This document shows positions 26,233 to 39,204 of a stretch of 64,000 bases of DNA, piece after piece. The DNA comes from Takakia lepidozioides (lineage: Eukaryota > Plantae > Bryophyta), in contig CM060733.1 of assembly GCA_030704615.1 (NCBI GenBank), forward strand, positions 34,534,001 to 34,598,000, read 5' to 3'. A model generated the notes under the pieces. That model was not told the DNA's origin. It was given only the letters and a program-made list of their open reading frames with translations, and made no database searches. Numbering within the stretch: position 1 is the stretch's first letter; every line of letters starts with the position of its first letter. The position numbers were made by a program, and so were the translations under genes.

Positions 26233-26319
26233 TGTCGTGCGCATACATATCGCTACACAACTACATCGCTGTCCAAACCACACCACACATATATGCACAA
26301 TAAAGTAGTCTGCCACAAT
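26233..26319 (-). repeat. Terminal repeat A, internal copy, preceded on the minus strand by purine-rich AGGGGGCGA
   Basis: Direct repeat of 25791-25877, joined to B through GACA-GC-TGTC. Confidence 0.95.
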
Positions 26320-26569
26320 CGCCCCCCTAGCTGGTGGATAGGTCCCTCTACTCCAGATAGCTACAAGATGTAATAGCCACAGCCGTCCTAAGTCCCCTAT
26401 CACTGTCCCTATTGTACTCAAACTCTATAGACCAAGAGGCCGGGTACAAGAGTAGCCCCATCGTTAGTCGCCGTCTTGCAATCTGTGAACTTGAGCCAGA
26501 CCTCGTGTATTCAAGGTCTCCTGTAGCTGGGCCTTGCGTTGCTTGTTAGCCTTCCATGGTTGTATCCAC

Positions 26570-29500
26570 TCCCACTATCCAATGCATGTGGACATAACCA
26601 ATCCCCATCCGGAACCATCTCAAGAGGTGGAGTCAAGCACCCCCCATATGCCAACCTCTAGAGCATCGATCACACACCAGCATGGTGGCTGCCCCTTTAG
26701 CAGACCCACACAACATGCACCTCAAACCTGCAGATACCACTGCCAGGTTTGGGTCAATCCTGCCATCGACATTCGGAAGGTGACATGGCGCACAATTACG
26801 CACATGGTCCTTCCAAGTGATGCCATCCCGACCCTCCAAGACCAAGACGCCTGAGGGCAAGACCTCTCGAACCCTCAAAATAACACGTCCTGCAGTCACA
26901 TCCAGGGTCGTAGGAGCAGTCTGCTGCAGATAGACATAGTCACCAGGGTTGAATCTCCGAACCCCAGGACGAGCCCCCACCACGTATGGTAGCATACCTC
27001 AACGTATCACGGTGTTGTGCAATGGCAAGGTTCTCGAAAGCCATGGCATGACTCTCTTGAACAACTCTGCACGCTGCTCACATGCACGTGCCCACACGTC
27101 CGGATCGTCAAGGTTAAGAACTGTAGCAGCTTCTCTGCGAATGGATGTAGGCAAATCCGGCTCTCGGCCAAAGAGAAGAAAGTATGGTGAGAAGGAGGCA
27201 AGTGATGCTTGCTTGCTGAACCTGTAGCCCATGGCTAACCAGGGTAACTGAAGGTCCCAATCTCCTAGGTGTCCCTTCTGCAAGCCATACTTGCGCAAAC
27301 CCCTCTTTACTGTCTGAACAACTCTCTCTGCCAAGCCATCGGCTCAGGATGATCCCGAGAAGTGGTGCGGTGGTCTATCAAGGCTTTGTCACACAAAGCC
27401 TGAAACTCCCCCAAGAACTCTCTCCCTTGGTCCGTGAGTACCTCAGCTGGAGCACCGAATCGGCTAAGCACACAATCCAGGAATGCATACGCTCCCTCAC
27501 TAGCCTTATCAGGCAATGGAACCAATTCAATCCACTTGGAGAAGTGCTCCACCATCACCAACACGTACTTGTTGTGGCGCATGGTCAGTGGCAACGGCCC
27601 TGCGAAGTCAAGACTCCACCTGTAGCCCAATCCCATGATCGGAAGAGGGTGCAATTGTGGAGTAGGGGCGTTGAATGAAGCACGCACCCTGTCACACACC
27701 ATGCACCTAGCCACAAATTGTTGCACCTCTGTGTGCATACCACGCCACCAATACTGCCCCTGCAGTAGACTATGAGTGCGTCGCACCCCAAAATGCCCCA
27801 ACTCCTCATGGGCATGCCGCACTAACCGTGCCCGCTGTGTTGGGTGAGGCACAATCCTCACTCGACCATCCTCCCACACTCGGAGCAGGTGTGTCCCCTC
27901 CCACCTGAACCTCTTGGCTCGTTGTAGGATCCGATCCCTCTCCTTGGCAGTCATAGTGGCTGCCGTGTCTCCACTGCGGAGGTAGTCCAACACAACTGAA
28001 TCCTCATGTATATCTTTGGCGCCACCTTGCTCATTGCTGGCCTCAGGGTCCTCAGACACTTGATCTACAGTCATCCCTGTTGTAGGTCCAACCTGGCCTT
28101 CCGCTGCCAAGATACACAGAAATGCAGATGCATGCCATCCGGGCACCATCTCCTCGTCCGTCTCACCATGCCACCGAGCTCCAGTGTCATCCTGTTGGCT
28201 CGTGCATGGATTGCGACTCAACCCATCTGCATTTCGATTGACCAACCCGGTCGATGCACCACCTGAAAGTCATACTCTTGAAGGATGAGTGCCCACCGTG
28301 CAAGCTTCCCCGTAAGCTTGTCTGACTCCATCAACCACTTGAGTGGTTGGTGATCCGTGACAAGGGTGAAGAGATTGCCGTATAGATAGCACCTGAAGTG
28401 TGCCACGGCCCACACTGCAGCTAAGCATTCTCCCTCATATGAGCTATACTTAGACTCTGCAGCATTGTTCGAGCGGCTAGCATAAGCCACTACGAACTCT
28501 CTTCCCTCATCATCCACCTGTGTGAGCACCGCTCCAAGCCCCAGCATGCTCCAATCTGTATGCAGCTGAAAAGGACGCCCCCTGATAGGTCGTCTCAAGA
28601 TGGGCGCCGAGGTCAACCTCGCCTTGAGCTCTTGAAAAGCTTGTTCTTCTCATCTTCCCCACTGCCACTCCTGGTCCACCTTGGTCAGCTTGGTTAGAGC
28701 CTTTGCAATGGCACTAAATCCCTTAACAAACCGTCTGTAATAGTTTGCTAACCCCATGAAAGCTCGAACTCGGCTCACATCCGTGGGGCGTGGAACCTGT
28801 GCAATGGACTCTACCTTAGTCTGCTGTACCCCCAATCCTCCAGGATATCATGTGACCCAGATACTCAATCTGGTTGTGGAAAAACTTGCACTTGCCCGGA
28901 TGTAACTTCAATCCGTGCGTCCTCAAGCGCTCAAATACCCCCTGAAGGTGTCTCTCATGCTCCTCCACCGTAGCACTAAAGATGATGATGTCATCTATGT
29001 AGCACCGAGCAAACTCCACCCCTGCTAGAATCCTGTCCATGACTCTTTGAAACTCAGCGGGAGCGTTTTTAAGCCCAAATGGTAAGAACCGCCACTGGTA
29101 TAGGCAATCCTTCCCGTGCTCATTGATCCCCCAGAATGCCGTCTTTTGCTTATCCGCCTCCTTGATCGGCAACTGGTGATATCCGGATCGTAAATCCAAC
29201 GTGCTAAAGACCTTGGAATGCCCAATGGCATCAAAGATCTCCTCTGGTGTTGGCATGGCATACCTATCGGACTTGGTCTGACGATTTACAGGCCGGTAAT
29301 CACCGCACATACGTCTCTCCGTCCAATTGCCATAGACATCCTTCTTAGCTGGCATCACTGTGGCTGAAGCATACTCTCCACCAGAGAGCTCCACCAAACC
29401 TGCCTCCCAGAGATCTTGAGTCCTCATCTGAATCAAAGACCTCTCCATGTCACTGTATCTATAGGGTCTCCGAAAGATTGGCGTGTCAGTGGCCAACTCA

Positions 29501-29700
29501 ATACGGATCTCTTGACCCTTCAGTGCTCCCAAGTCCTTCAAACTGAAGGCAAAGCAATTCCTGTAAGCCCTCAGGAACCGCCGTATACGTCGTCTCTCTC
29601 CTCCGGTGACAATGGGTCCAATGTCAGGCTCCCAATTGTCCTCCGTAACTGCAACCTTAAGTCCAGTGGGCTTAGAGGTAGAGGACGCGTCCCGTGGTTG
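26570..29700 (-). pseudogene. Gypsy pol copy 1: RT, RNase H, integrase, PHD finger
   Basis: RMCGDYRPVN, LDLRSGYHQ, LPFGLKNAP and YIDD (RT). LHTDWS..YSSYEGE (RH). HAHEELGH..CMVC, LDFAGP, TDQGREF and AERVVQT (INT). CMLC..LVCDRCSRGWH (PHD). Confidence 0.95.
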
Positions 29701-29999
29701 CTATGCTGCAACCTCTTGAGCAGTACCCCCTTCCTGCTCAGTCAATGACAAGGCCTCATCCTGCCCCATCATCTCATCATTGAGAACCTCCTCATCCCGA
29801 GAAGAATCCCCAACCTCATCCATCACAGCTGCCTTCGCTGCCAACTCCCTCTGAACCTCGAGCACCTCCCACATGTGCCATGGATGTCTACACCTCGTGG
29901 TCCTCACCGGCTCGCCCCCACTCGCTGCCTGTACCGTCTCGGTAGGCAGAGAGACCATCAAGGGAAGTGCACTCCGCACTCTACGTTGCTCAGCCATAG

Positions 30000-30945
30000 C
30001 CAAGCTGACAATCCAGGTCAAGCAATTGAGATCCATTGCTTGCCCCAACACCTGACGACGTGATGCCTCAGAAAGAGAAGGCACCGCCGTGGTCCCAGTG
30101 GAAAACCCCATAGCCCGCTCTCGCTCGTCGGCATTAGGCTCCACTAACTGCTGCAACTGAGCATCCCACAGGAGGCCAGGTCCACCATCCCGAAAAGCAT
30201 GGGATCCTGGGAAGCTGAGCAGTGTAGGTAATGCTGCTCGTGGTTGACCCACCCTGTTGACCACTGCCAAAGGCGAACGGTCATCGTGTCTCACACGTTG
30301 AGACTGCCTTCCTGTGTCCAAAATGCCATCCACGGTGAGGTGTGCTGGCCGCTGCACCCCATCAAATGCACGCTTGAGCAGTGCGGGTGGCATCAAGTTA
30401 GTCCACCATAGTCGTGGACGATGAGCCCCGTGACCCCACTGCAGCTGCATCCAGCAACTGCTGACCCAAGCCACGACCGGACTTGATGCACACTGGCCAT
30501 CACCCTGGCCCGAATCACCCATCAGTGGCACATTCTCCAAGATGTATGCCGGAGATACAGCTTGATGAAGCTGCAAGTGGCGCAAAATCCGCACCATCTC
30601 CCAAAACAGACCCGTCCTCGAGTCTCGCAATCCATTGCCATGCCCGCTGATGAATGCCCTTGGCAGGGCCAACCTGCCACTACCAGATCAATGGAGCCAA
30701 CCTGCTCCAAATCCTGCGCCCCCAGCAACGAAATGTCTGCTGGCAAGGCTGTGATATCCACGAACTGCAGACACTGGCAACAACTCAGGGTACTGCTGTA
30801 CCAACTGAGCAACATGGCGCAGTGAGACGCGTCGTGCAGTCTCATCCCTCTCCACATACAGGTAACGTCGAACTCGTACACCTGCCTGCAGCACTGCAGC
30901 CAATCCAGTGCTGATCCCGCCAAACAAGTCCAGAAGGCAATGCCT
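30000..30945 (-). pseudogene. C5 cytosine DNA methyltransferase domain within pol, copy 1
   Basis: LFGGIS, YVERD, VVAGWPCQGHS, YILENV, AHRPRLWWTN, ERERAMGF and RRQVLGQAM, spread over three frames. Confidence 0.92.
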
Positions 30946-31299
30946 TCATCCGGCGCTGCCACACAGAGGTGTGGTGTCCAATGGCGACAACTGAGGTGGC
31001 CCTGGTGCAATCAGCACTCTCCTCCTCTCCTGACGGTACAAAAGCTTCTACCCAAGCTTGTTGCACCCGTCCATCAGCAGCTGCTGCAAATCCTTGCTCG
31101 TACCCCACAACGGAGTGTGAGCAACCATGGCAGGCAACTCCGCCGTACCATGCATGTCATCCTGCTCTGCTGGAGGTGGCACATCCTCTGCATGGGCATT
31201 GCCTTCCAGCAACTCTCCAGGCCAACTAACTGCAGCTGTAAGGCGGCTAGTGTTGGCATCTTGCCCCGCTGGGCAGCTGCAATACCCCCAATGAATGTC

Positions 31300-33900
31300 A
31301 CAGGGAGCTGTGCACGGCGACCATCCCCTGACTGCCATCCAGGCCTGTAGGATGCTGACTCCTCCCAGAAATCCAGGGTGAAGCCCATGGGGTATAACAC
31401 TGCCCCACCAACGAGGACATCGTAAGAGACCGCGTCTGTCACAATGGCCTTGGCTCGCATCACTGAGCCATCTACAGGATGATCCGGCTGCAGTCTAATG
31501 CCAACTGATGCCGTGTCATGCCGCGAGCCTGCTCTGATCCTCCCAGAGATGTCTGTATCTGGAAAGGACAAGGCTCCATATCCGCCTCCATGAGGCCCAA
31601 ACCTGCAATAGCAGCTCTGCCCAACATCAGTGGCTGAGCTCCTGAGTCCAACAAGACCCGCAGTGGCCGGTACTTCTTGCCTGCCGGTCCACTCAAAGTG
31701 AAAATGCCTCCCTGGTTGTCTAACAAGACAACTCCAGGTGTCACCATGGCGCGCTCAATGGCTGGCCTAGCTGGCAGCTCCGTCAACTGGCAGCTGCAGC
31801 TTGCCAGGGCGCAGCCGTGGCAGTCTTGACCCTCAAATCGAGGATCCCTCTGCCACTACACCTTCCACTAACTCCGCAGAAGATGAAGTGACCTCCCCAC
31901 TCTCACAGAGTGTTGCTGCTAGTCTGAACACTGCAGCTGGTCTCACCCCGGCGTCGCAATCATGGTTGCCGAGAACAGTGGGGCTTGACACACAGAGGTG
32001 GCTGCCCCCAATAACACACCGGCCGCACTAGCCTTGGCAGCAGGTTGCTGCACGTGTAGCTCTCCCCAATGGCATAGTAACCTCCGCCTCGGTAACAGTC
32101 GGGCGAACTAGGTGCCATGGATGGCGTTGACACTGTCTCCGCCAAGGTGAATGACTGAGGCAGCCTTGCCTGACGGCTTGCCTCCCCACGTTGTGGATCC
32201 AACTCCACCTCTGCACCTCGTGGCTCAGGAACTCGTGCTGCTCCTCGAGTCACGGCTGCAGCAGACTCCACCTGCTCTAGTGGTAGTGCTGCTCCGCACA
32301 TAAATCCCATGCCTCCCATATCTCCTCCCTCAGAGCAGGAGGTGGACCATCCCGCCTGGGAGCCGGTACCGCCTGAGCTATAGCCATGGCAGCGAGCCTC
32401 TGCTCTAGCTGCTGAAGCCGGTTGGCCATGCCTTGGTCAACACCCTGACCTCCGCGTCCTTGGCCATGTGAGCTTGCCCTTGGCCTGCACCTCGTGCCCG
32501 ACCACCTCGTCCTCTTTGGGCTGGTCCACCTCGCCCCCGGCCACCATTGTTCCCTTGGAACTGGCCTGGGCGCAACTCAGGATGCAAGTCATAACACTGG
32601 GCATCTCCATGCCCATACTTGCCACAATGCCCACACTGCAACTGTGCAGGCTGTGCTTGTGCCGGCCTTCTGCCACTCTCTGGGCAATCTCTCTTGACAT
32701 GGGGTCCTCCACATGTCCAACATATCACCCCTGGTTGCTGTTGGCCTGCAAAAGATGCCACGGGCCTCTGCACCTGAGGTCCCCTGTAAGCTCCATGGAA
32801 CTTGGGCTGGGCAACCTTGCCCCCCTGACCACGCTGTTGGGCAGTCCTTGTGCCTTGTGGGCTGACAGCTGTGCCCCGTACAGGCATGTCCTTGCCAAAT
32901 CCAATTGTAACAACTCGCTCCTCCACCACCATGTTGAGCTCAATCCGCTCAGCCAGCAGAAACACATCTGCTAATGTGGGTTGGGCTGCTTGTAACAGGG
33001 TTGCATCTCGCACCCTTCTCTTGAGCTCCTTGTCCAGAATTCCATACCAAAACTGGATTGCCTGAGCTTCAGTAACCCCTTGGGTCACACTTATCAAGCG
33101 CCTCATACGAGTGTACGCCTCTCGCAGGCTCTCACTGGGTTTGCGCTGGAAGTCTTGCAAACTTCGCAGCTTCTCTGTCCGTACACCTTGGTAGTTCCTC
33201 CGCAACTCCTGGAAGAACTCCACCACCGGGTTGAATCTAGGCACATGTGTTGTAGTGTGGCAGGAGGAGTAGTAGCACCTTTTGAACTGGTACCACCTGC
33301 AGAAGTACCAGCACTACTGCTCCACTACTAGTGCTGGCAGTGGGAGCTATTGGTACTGATGCAGCTACTGGTCGCGTCGTGCCTCGAGTAATGGAGACGT
33401 AGTCAGGTGACCAATACATCCTCCACTCCTCAATCTCTGCTTCATGTCCTCGCCTGAACTCGTGGTAATCGTCCATAGGCGGGCCTTCCAAATGCTGGAA
33501 CAGTCCCTTCCACGCCATGAATGGGGTGAATAGCTGTGGATTGCGCATCTGCTGCAAATCACACCAGCTGTCGAACTCCTGGATAAAGTCATCCAACTCG
33601 ATTGTGCCCACAGCTCCAGAGTACCTACGAGGCCCCTTGGTAGCTCCATACATCTCCTCCATGTCGTCCCACAACAATGGCGAATGAAAGTGCACACCTG
33701 TTGATGAAGCCTCCGAGCTGTGTCTGACTCTACAGTAATTGAGGGTGGCGGTGAAGGTGGTCTGAACCGAATACCTCGTCTTGTGAACCCACTCTCACTG
33801 TTACTGCCTGTAGCCGTACTCCCCTCAAAACCCTTGGGTAACTCCGTAATGACACTCACAATGTGCACCTCCTCCACGTGACACTATAAGGCTCTAGTAC
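31300..33900 (-). pseudogene. Gypsy gag (two Cys/His knuckles) and aspartic protease, copy 1
   Basis: QRKPSESLREAYTR; CWTCGGPHVKRDC and CGHCGKYGHGDAQC; VLLDSGAQ protease motif in 31472..31786. Confidence 0.9.
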
Positions 33901-34599
33901 TAATCTAATAGTGACACGGGTGGGCACCTGTTGCAGTTAAGGGTCATATCCCAATGGCTCAGGGCACCTGCACCTGCATCCACCGCAAGAACTCCTATGG
34001 TTGGCTGGTCATCAACCCAGCCTCACCATAGAAGAAACACTGGTGGTCTTGCTGGTCATCACTCCAGCCTCACCACCGACAGCATACTCTAGGATTGACC
34101 GGTGATCAAATCCGGCCTAATCCCTATGAAAGCAAGCGCCCACACAAAACCAACATGGCGCACAGTCAAGCATGCAGGTGTTGGGGGGGATCCAAACACA
34201 AATCAAAACATCAACACCCCCACACCAAAATCCAGCTGCAACGCTGATCCTGCAGAATATCCCAGCCCAAAACCCCGGACTGACTGGCCTCCACCAAGAG
34301 AGGCTTTGGCAACTACAAGTACAAGGTAATGAAAATAGTACAGAGATGGAGGGGAAGAATAGAAGCCCGACCAAGCAAGATCTAATCCTGATCTATGCTA
34401 TCAACTGCCAGACTTCTCTCAAAGTGCCTCGCTCTGCATATGATGGTAAGTGTAGGAGGTATATCTATGTCCAGAAACCTGCACTATATCTATTGTCCCA
34501 AGCTACAGTAGCTCGCTCTAACCAACCCTCCTCCTCTTTCTGCAGGTAGAGACAAAGCAATACTCCCCATCTCCCGACACTGAACACTAAAAAAACAAA

Positions 34600-35200
34600 G
34601 GTAGGGTCTGATAGTCTCTCAACTCGAAAGCTTTGAGACGGTTGCGGGTGTCCTCATTGCGAATGACTGCATCTCCTTCAGCACAACAAACATGTCATTG
34701 CTGATGAACCCCCGCTCATGGTTGCCCTGTGCAGAGCGTATCCGGCTGCAACCATGTCTGATTGCCACAAACTTGTGTAGCTCCTGCTCCTCTGCTCAGT
34801 ACAAAAACGGCCTTGTGACTGAAAACCTTGGTCCCGGGGCTGTCTTTGGCTGTGTTCCAAGCCTAGCTTTCACCCACTTTGGTATTTCACCTACAGCTGC
34901 AGAACTGTTGGCTCCAACAGAGTTCTGACTGTCCAAGGCAATATTGAGGCCCTCAATGCCAACTACAGCAGTCTGTTGTCTACTGCTAATGCCTGACTCC
35001 CAGTATGCAATCAACTCGTCCAACTGTTCTCCACTCAAATCAGTCTGAGTTCCTTGGAAACATATAATCCTGTCCCCTTGTGTGCACAGGCTAAGAGAAG
35101 AGACCTGCCCTTCAATTACGTCCTCATTTCCCCAGCCATGCAAGGAGTACATCCACAGATTTGTCTCTAATATAGACCAGCACAGGTTCTAGAGACAGGA
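34600..35200 (-). CDS. Extra ORF upstream of gag (unknown function), copy 1, decayed
   Basis: QGTQTDLSGEQLD.LIAYWESGISS..EIPKWVKARLGTQPKTAPG is conserved with 62774..63232. Confidence 0.45.
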
Positions 35201-36874
35201 TTGTGGATCTTTTATGGCCCACTCACACTCTAAAATTCCATAGATTTTTAGCAGAGTCCCAAAAACAGAAACCAGGTCTAGGTAGGTAGATTTCCCCTTT
35301 CTGCAGCTATCCCCCCAAAAACTGAGTCAAACAGAGCCCATATGACAAAGATATGACCAATTAGGCTCTAAATCATTCGAATTAGATCAAAAAGGCTTTT
35401 TTTTTTTTTTAACACCCAAAACGTTCTCGCCATTAAAAACTGTTCCCATGTTATCTACGGGTTGATCTGTCGGATAAGTGATATCCACACTTGTGCCCTC
35501 CGTTCCCTGCAGGTTCCCGATTTTCCATCTGAACAGCCCGTCTCGAGTTCTCCACACATGGGCGGGTCTGGGGAATTACGATGAATACAATGGCACGCTG
35601 AAGCTCAGCAGCAGGTAGACAATGTGTCCATTAATGTAAAGAGCCTGGCAGATCGACAGTTTGAAACGATCAATGCTTCATCTCCTGTTATGCCATTCGC
35701 ATCAGCCTTGCCGTAGATTGTCTGTCAACCAATATCCGAGTTCAATTGTCCAAGCAGAAATCTACTAGAAATCTACCAACCGGCTACTGATTCCATAAAT
35801 ACTGGCAACTCCCATTTGGATCTGTACTCAATGGATCAGTATAGAGTGGCTGCCCTTAGGGCGCGCTTCATCCCAACCAGGGTAATCTGCACTGAAGCCG
35901 AGATGACACTTGAAGCGGCTGCTTCTTCCACAATGCTCCCTCTTTTGTGCATTCATCGTGCTAATCTAGCACTGCCCAAACCACGCCACAAACTCTCGTT
36001 GGTGCAGGAAATATGGCTGCCGCATTGCAGGTCTCGGGTCAGGCTCTCCATATCCTAGGCGTGCATATTGCTGCTGATATTGGGGCTGCCTTCAAATGAC
36101 TGCCAATAGGCCCGAACCTTAATTGCGCACTTGCTAGAAAAATCTAGCCTGACCCCGTCCATCCATTTGCTTGCTTCCTCGCGATGTGCAGCCAGACAAC
36201 CTCACATCAACCAGCCCACAACCACTCCTTCATGGTGGCTGGACTATAGTCGCACACCGACTTCCCACCATTGCTAGTAACCATTCCACATGAAAGCCAA
36301 CGACGGCACAATCTGCCTTCATGCCAGCCTGTCCCTCCTCGCTGACCAAGAAAACCAACGATAGCCAGCCAACTTCTCAACTCGGCCTTTACTGATTGCA
36401 CACCCTGATATATGCCATGAACAACTTCACCAAATCGTTTGTCATCAGTACCGATATACCATTGGGACGACGACTTGTAGACATGAGCCCATCAACCAGT
36501 CCAACACCTTGGCTGCTCACTATGTGCAGGTCTGAAACCATCAGTCTGCTCAGGAATTACCTATAGCATGGTATTTTTATCTCTGCAGCTGAAGTCGAAG
36601 ACCACGGTCCACCCACTCGCGTAACCAGCTGCACCTCCGCTTCTAACCACCAAGACAATGAAGGCTTGCATCCCAGCCTTGCGAGACAACAATAATGCTG
36701 ATCGTTTCACCATGCTCGGCTCTCAATCTGCCGCTCAGCCAAGTGACGTTTAAAAGGGAGAATACCCATGCACTTTTGTGTTACCGCTTTCAACACACAC
36801 AAAATCCACAAGTGCTAAAAACTAATTAAGCTCACATCTTGCACTCACAGATGCAAGCTCAATCTCTCTCGAGT

Positions 36875-37231
36875 GATAAACAAAGCTAAAAAGGACATAC
36901 ACTTCCAACACAAGAAATATAAAATCCATCGCTATCACTCATTGAAACTGAAGTCGAGCCAGGGGCACCCCAAGCTATGGGGACTCCACCCCACAAACAA
37001 CCTGTATCCCTACATAAGCACACTAAAACCTAAACACATTGCAGGAGCTCGGGCGCAGGCTCAACTCGAGAGAGATGAGCCACGCGACCGCCGCTCTCGT
37101 GAAGATAAGGCCATTCAGGTGTCAAACTAAACTTGACACCTGATTTAAACACTTGACCTAAATCCAAGTGTTAAATACAAATAACTAGCTTTATTCTAGT
37201 TGTTTTCACACTGTGCTTATTTAACTTGACA
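36875..37231 (-). repeat. Terminal repeat B at the 5' end of gypsy copy 1
   Basis: Near-identical to 25878-26230, ends AACTTGACA next to the TSD, and has no adjacent A repeat. Confidence 0.95.
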
Positions 37232-38257
37232 CGCAACGTACTCCGATTCAGTTGTCGATCCAGCAGTACACGCTTGTTTCCGACTGCTCCAAACAATTGC
37301 TCCTTGGTTGAATATAATGACACATCCAGATCTGGATTTTCTATCATCTATGTCACCAGCATAATCTGCGTCGCAAAATCTTGTGAGCAGATTTGTGTCT
37401 TGCTTCCCATTGTAGGTCAGAACAAATGAGATGTTCCCTTCAAGTATTTCATGATCCGTTCACAGCGTTGCAGTGCACAGGTCTGTGTCTTGATGCGTAT
37501 TTCGCCACTGTACTTACTGCATATGAGATGTCAGGACGACTCCTGATGCTTGCAAACATCAAGCTCCCAACCATTTCCTGATATGGAAATTGGTAATCCA
37601 TGATGTTTTCCTTTTCTTCTTTCTCTGAGTCACCCGAAAGAGAGTAGAAACTCATTTGAGTACTAGGGTCAGCAGGAGTCGTCACTGCCATTGCATTTTC
37701 GAAACCATACTTCGTGATCATCTTCTCAATGTAGACTTGCTGATCGATTGAAATAGTCCTGCGTTGCCGATCTATTTTAATTCGCAAACCAACATAACAG
37801 TCTGCCTCTCCCACTTTGGTTTCAAATTCCTTACCCATGTATTCAAACATGTTGTCAAGCCTTGTTGACTCAACGCAACAGGCCAGTCCATCATCCATGA
37901 AAAGAGATGTGATGATTTTGGGCTCTCTTACTAGTAGTAAATGCAAGGATCTGCCGCACTTGGTACCAAATTGTACCTAAACAGAAAATTGTCAAACTTC
38001 GCATTCCGAACTCGTGAAGCCTGCTTCAGTCCATACAGACATTTTTTCAAACTGCATACCAGGTGCTCTGTGCCTGGTGCTATGAAGCCCGGCGGCTGGA
38101 TCATGTAGATCTCTTCTTCGAGTTCTCCATAGAGAAACGCGGTTTTAATATCAAATTGCATGATATTCATATCCTTAGATGCTGCAATGGCAAGAATGGT
38201 GCGAATGGAGTCATACTTGGCTACAGGAGAAAATGTTTCTGCGTAGTCGATACCATA
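37232..38257 (-). pseudogene. Ty1/copia reverse transcriptase and start of RNase H (5'-truncated)
   Basis: DYAETFSPVA, QFDIKTAFLYGELEEEIYM.QPPGF, LYGLKQA, YQEMVGSLMF..RPDISYAV and STTESEYVA. Confidence 0.93.
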
Positions 38258-39204
38258 CTACAAAATCATAACTATGTAATCCGTTGGCCATTTGTTAATT
38301 TGGGAGAAAAGTACTATGGGTGTTTTAGTATAACTATGGGATAGGCTAGATGGTTTTTGGATGTATACCTGAAGAGTATGTAGGCCCGTTTTACCATATG
38401 CAGTGACAGAGGCAAGAATTTTTGTACTTCCATCATGGACCCTTGTACATACTACACTTATTACTTTTGCCGGTACAACACCCAAAAAATACCCCCTGTT
38501 GGCAAGTGATCCTTCGTTGGTGAATTGATGTGGGTTGTGTATATTGCAACCGGTCTACTTTTTGACACTTCTACATCTTGTAGAGTTTCCACAATGATTT
38601 GCAAAACATCTTGATCACTAGCTCCAAATACCTTACTTGTACATTGTCAAGTTAGTAGTAGTAATGCACATAGATATGCAGAAAGCATGTTGAGACAATA
38701 TGGTCCTCATTCGATACTCCATATAAGAATTGTTCAAAAATTGGCAAGTGTGTTTAAATGACTTGCCATACTGACCTGCACTTCGTAAGATAACCATAAC
38801 AATTTGAGATTATTATGCATCATTGCAGGCTAAACAACATTGTGATTATACATATAAATCATAACTTTTACATAATTTTGTGCACACATCATATCTTAAT
38901 ACTTATGAATAAATAGACCCAAAACCTCTCAATCTCAATTGTACACATATGTGTATGTTTATAAGAAAGACGGAGGCTTACTTCATGGACTCCTCTCCTT
39001 ACTTTTGAGTAATAAGATACAAGTATCAAGGATATCCTTGCATTTATATTGACATGTGTCCACCATATTATTGACAATCGACATAAGGCCCACTCCTAAA
39101 AGGGGGGCTATAGCCACAAACTGCCACCATGTTCATCCAATGAGGAATCTGACAAATCCCAATATTGTTTTACATATTAAAATACATGTGGTTGATCATC
39201 TCTA

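Larger units (their letters stand above)
25791..37231 (-). mobile_element. Ty3/gypsy retrotransposon with DNA methyltransferase and PHD finger, copy 1 (both boundaries present, ORFs frameshifted)
   Basis: Starts TGTC, ends GACA, flanked by CGCA (25787-25790, 37232-37235). Excising it restores the copia frame STTESEYVA-AHMATRE. Domain order is gag-PR-DNMT-RT-RH-INT-PHD. Confidence 0.93.

Noticed and set aside
25791-37231. DIRS/Ngaro tyrosine-recombinase element, suggested by the split repeats
   Set aside because: It encodes an aspartic protease and an HHCC + DDE integrase and has a TSD. I saw no tyrosine-recombinase motifs.
38250-38275. CACTA terminus (TACTACAAAA) truncating the copia RT
   Set aside because: The first base mismatches, and I found no partner TIR or 3-bp TSD.
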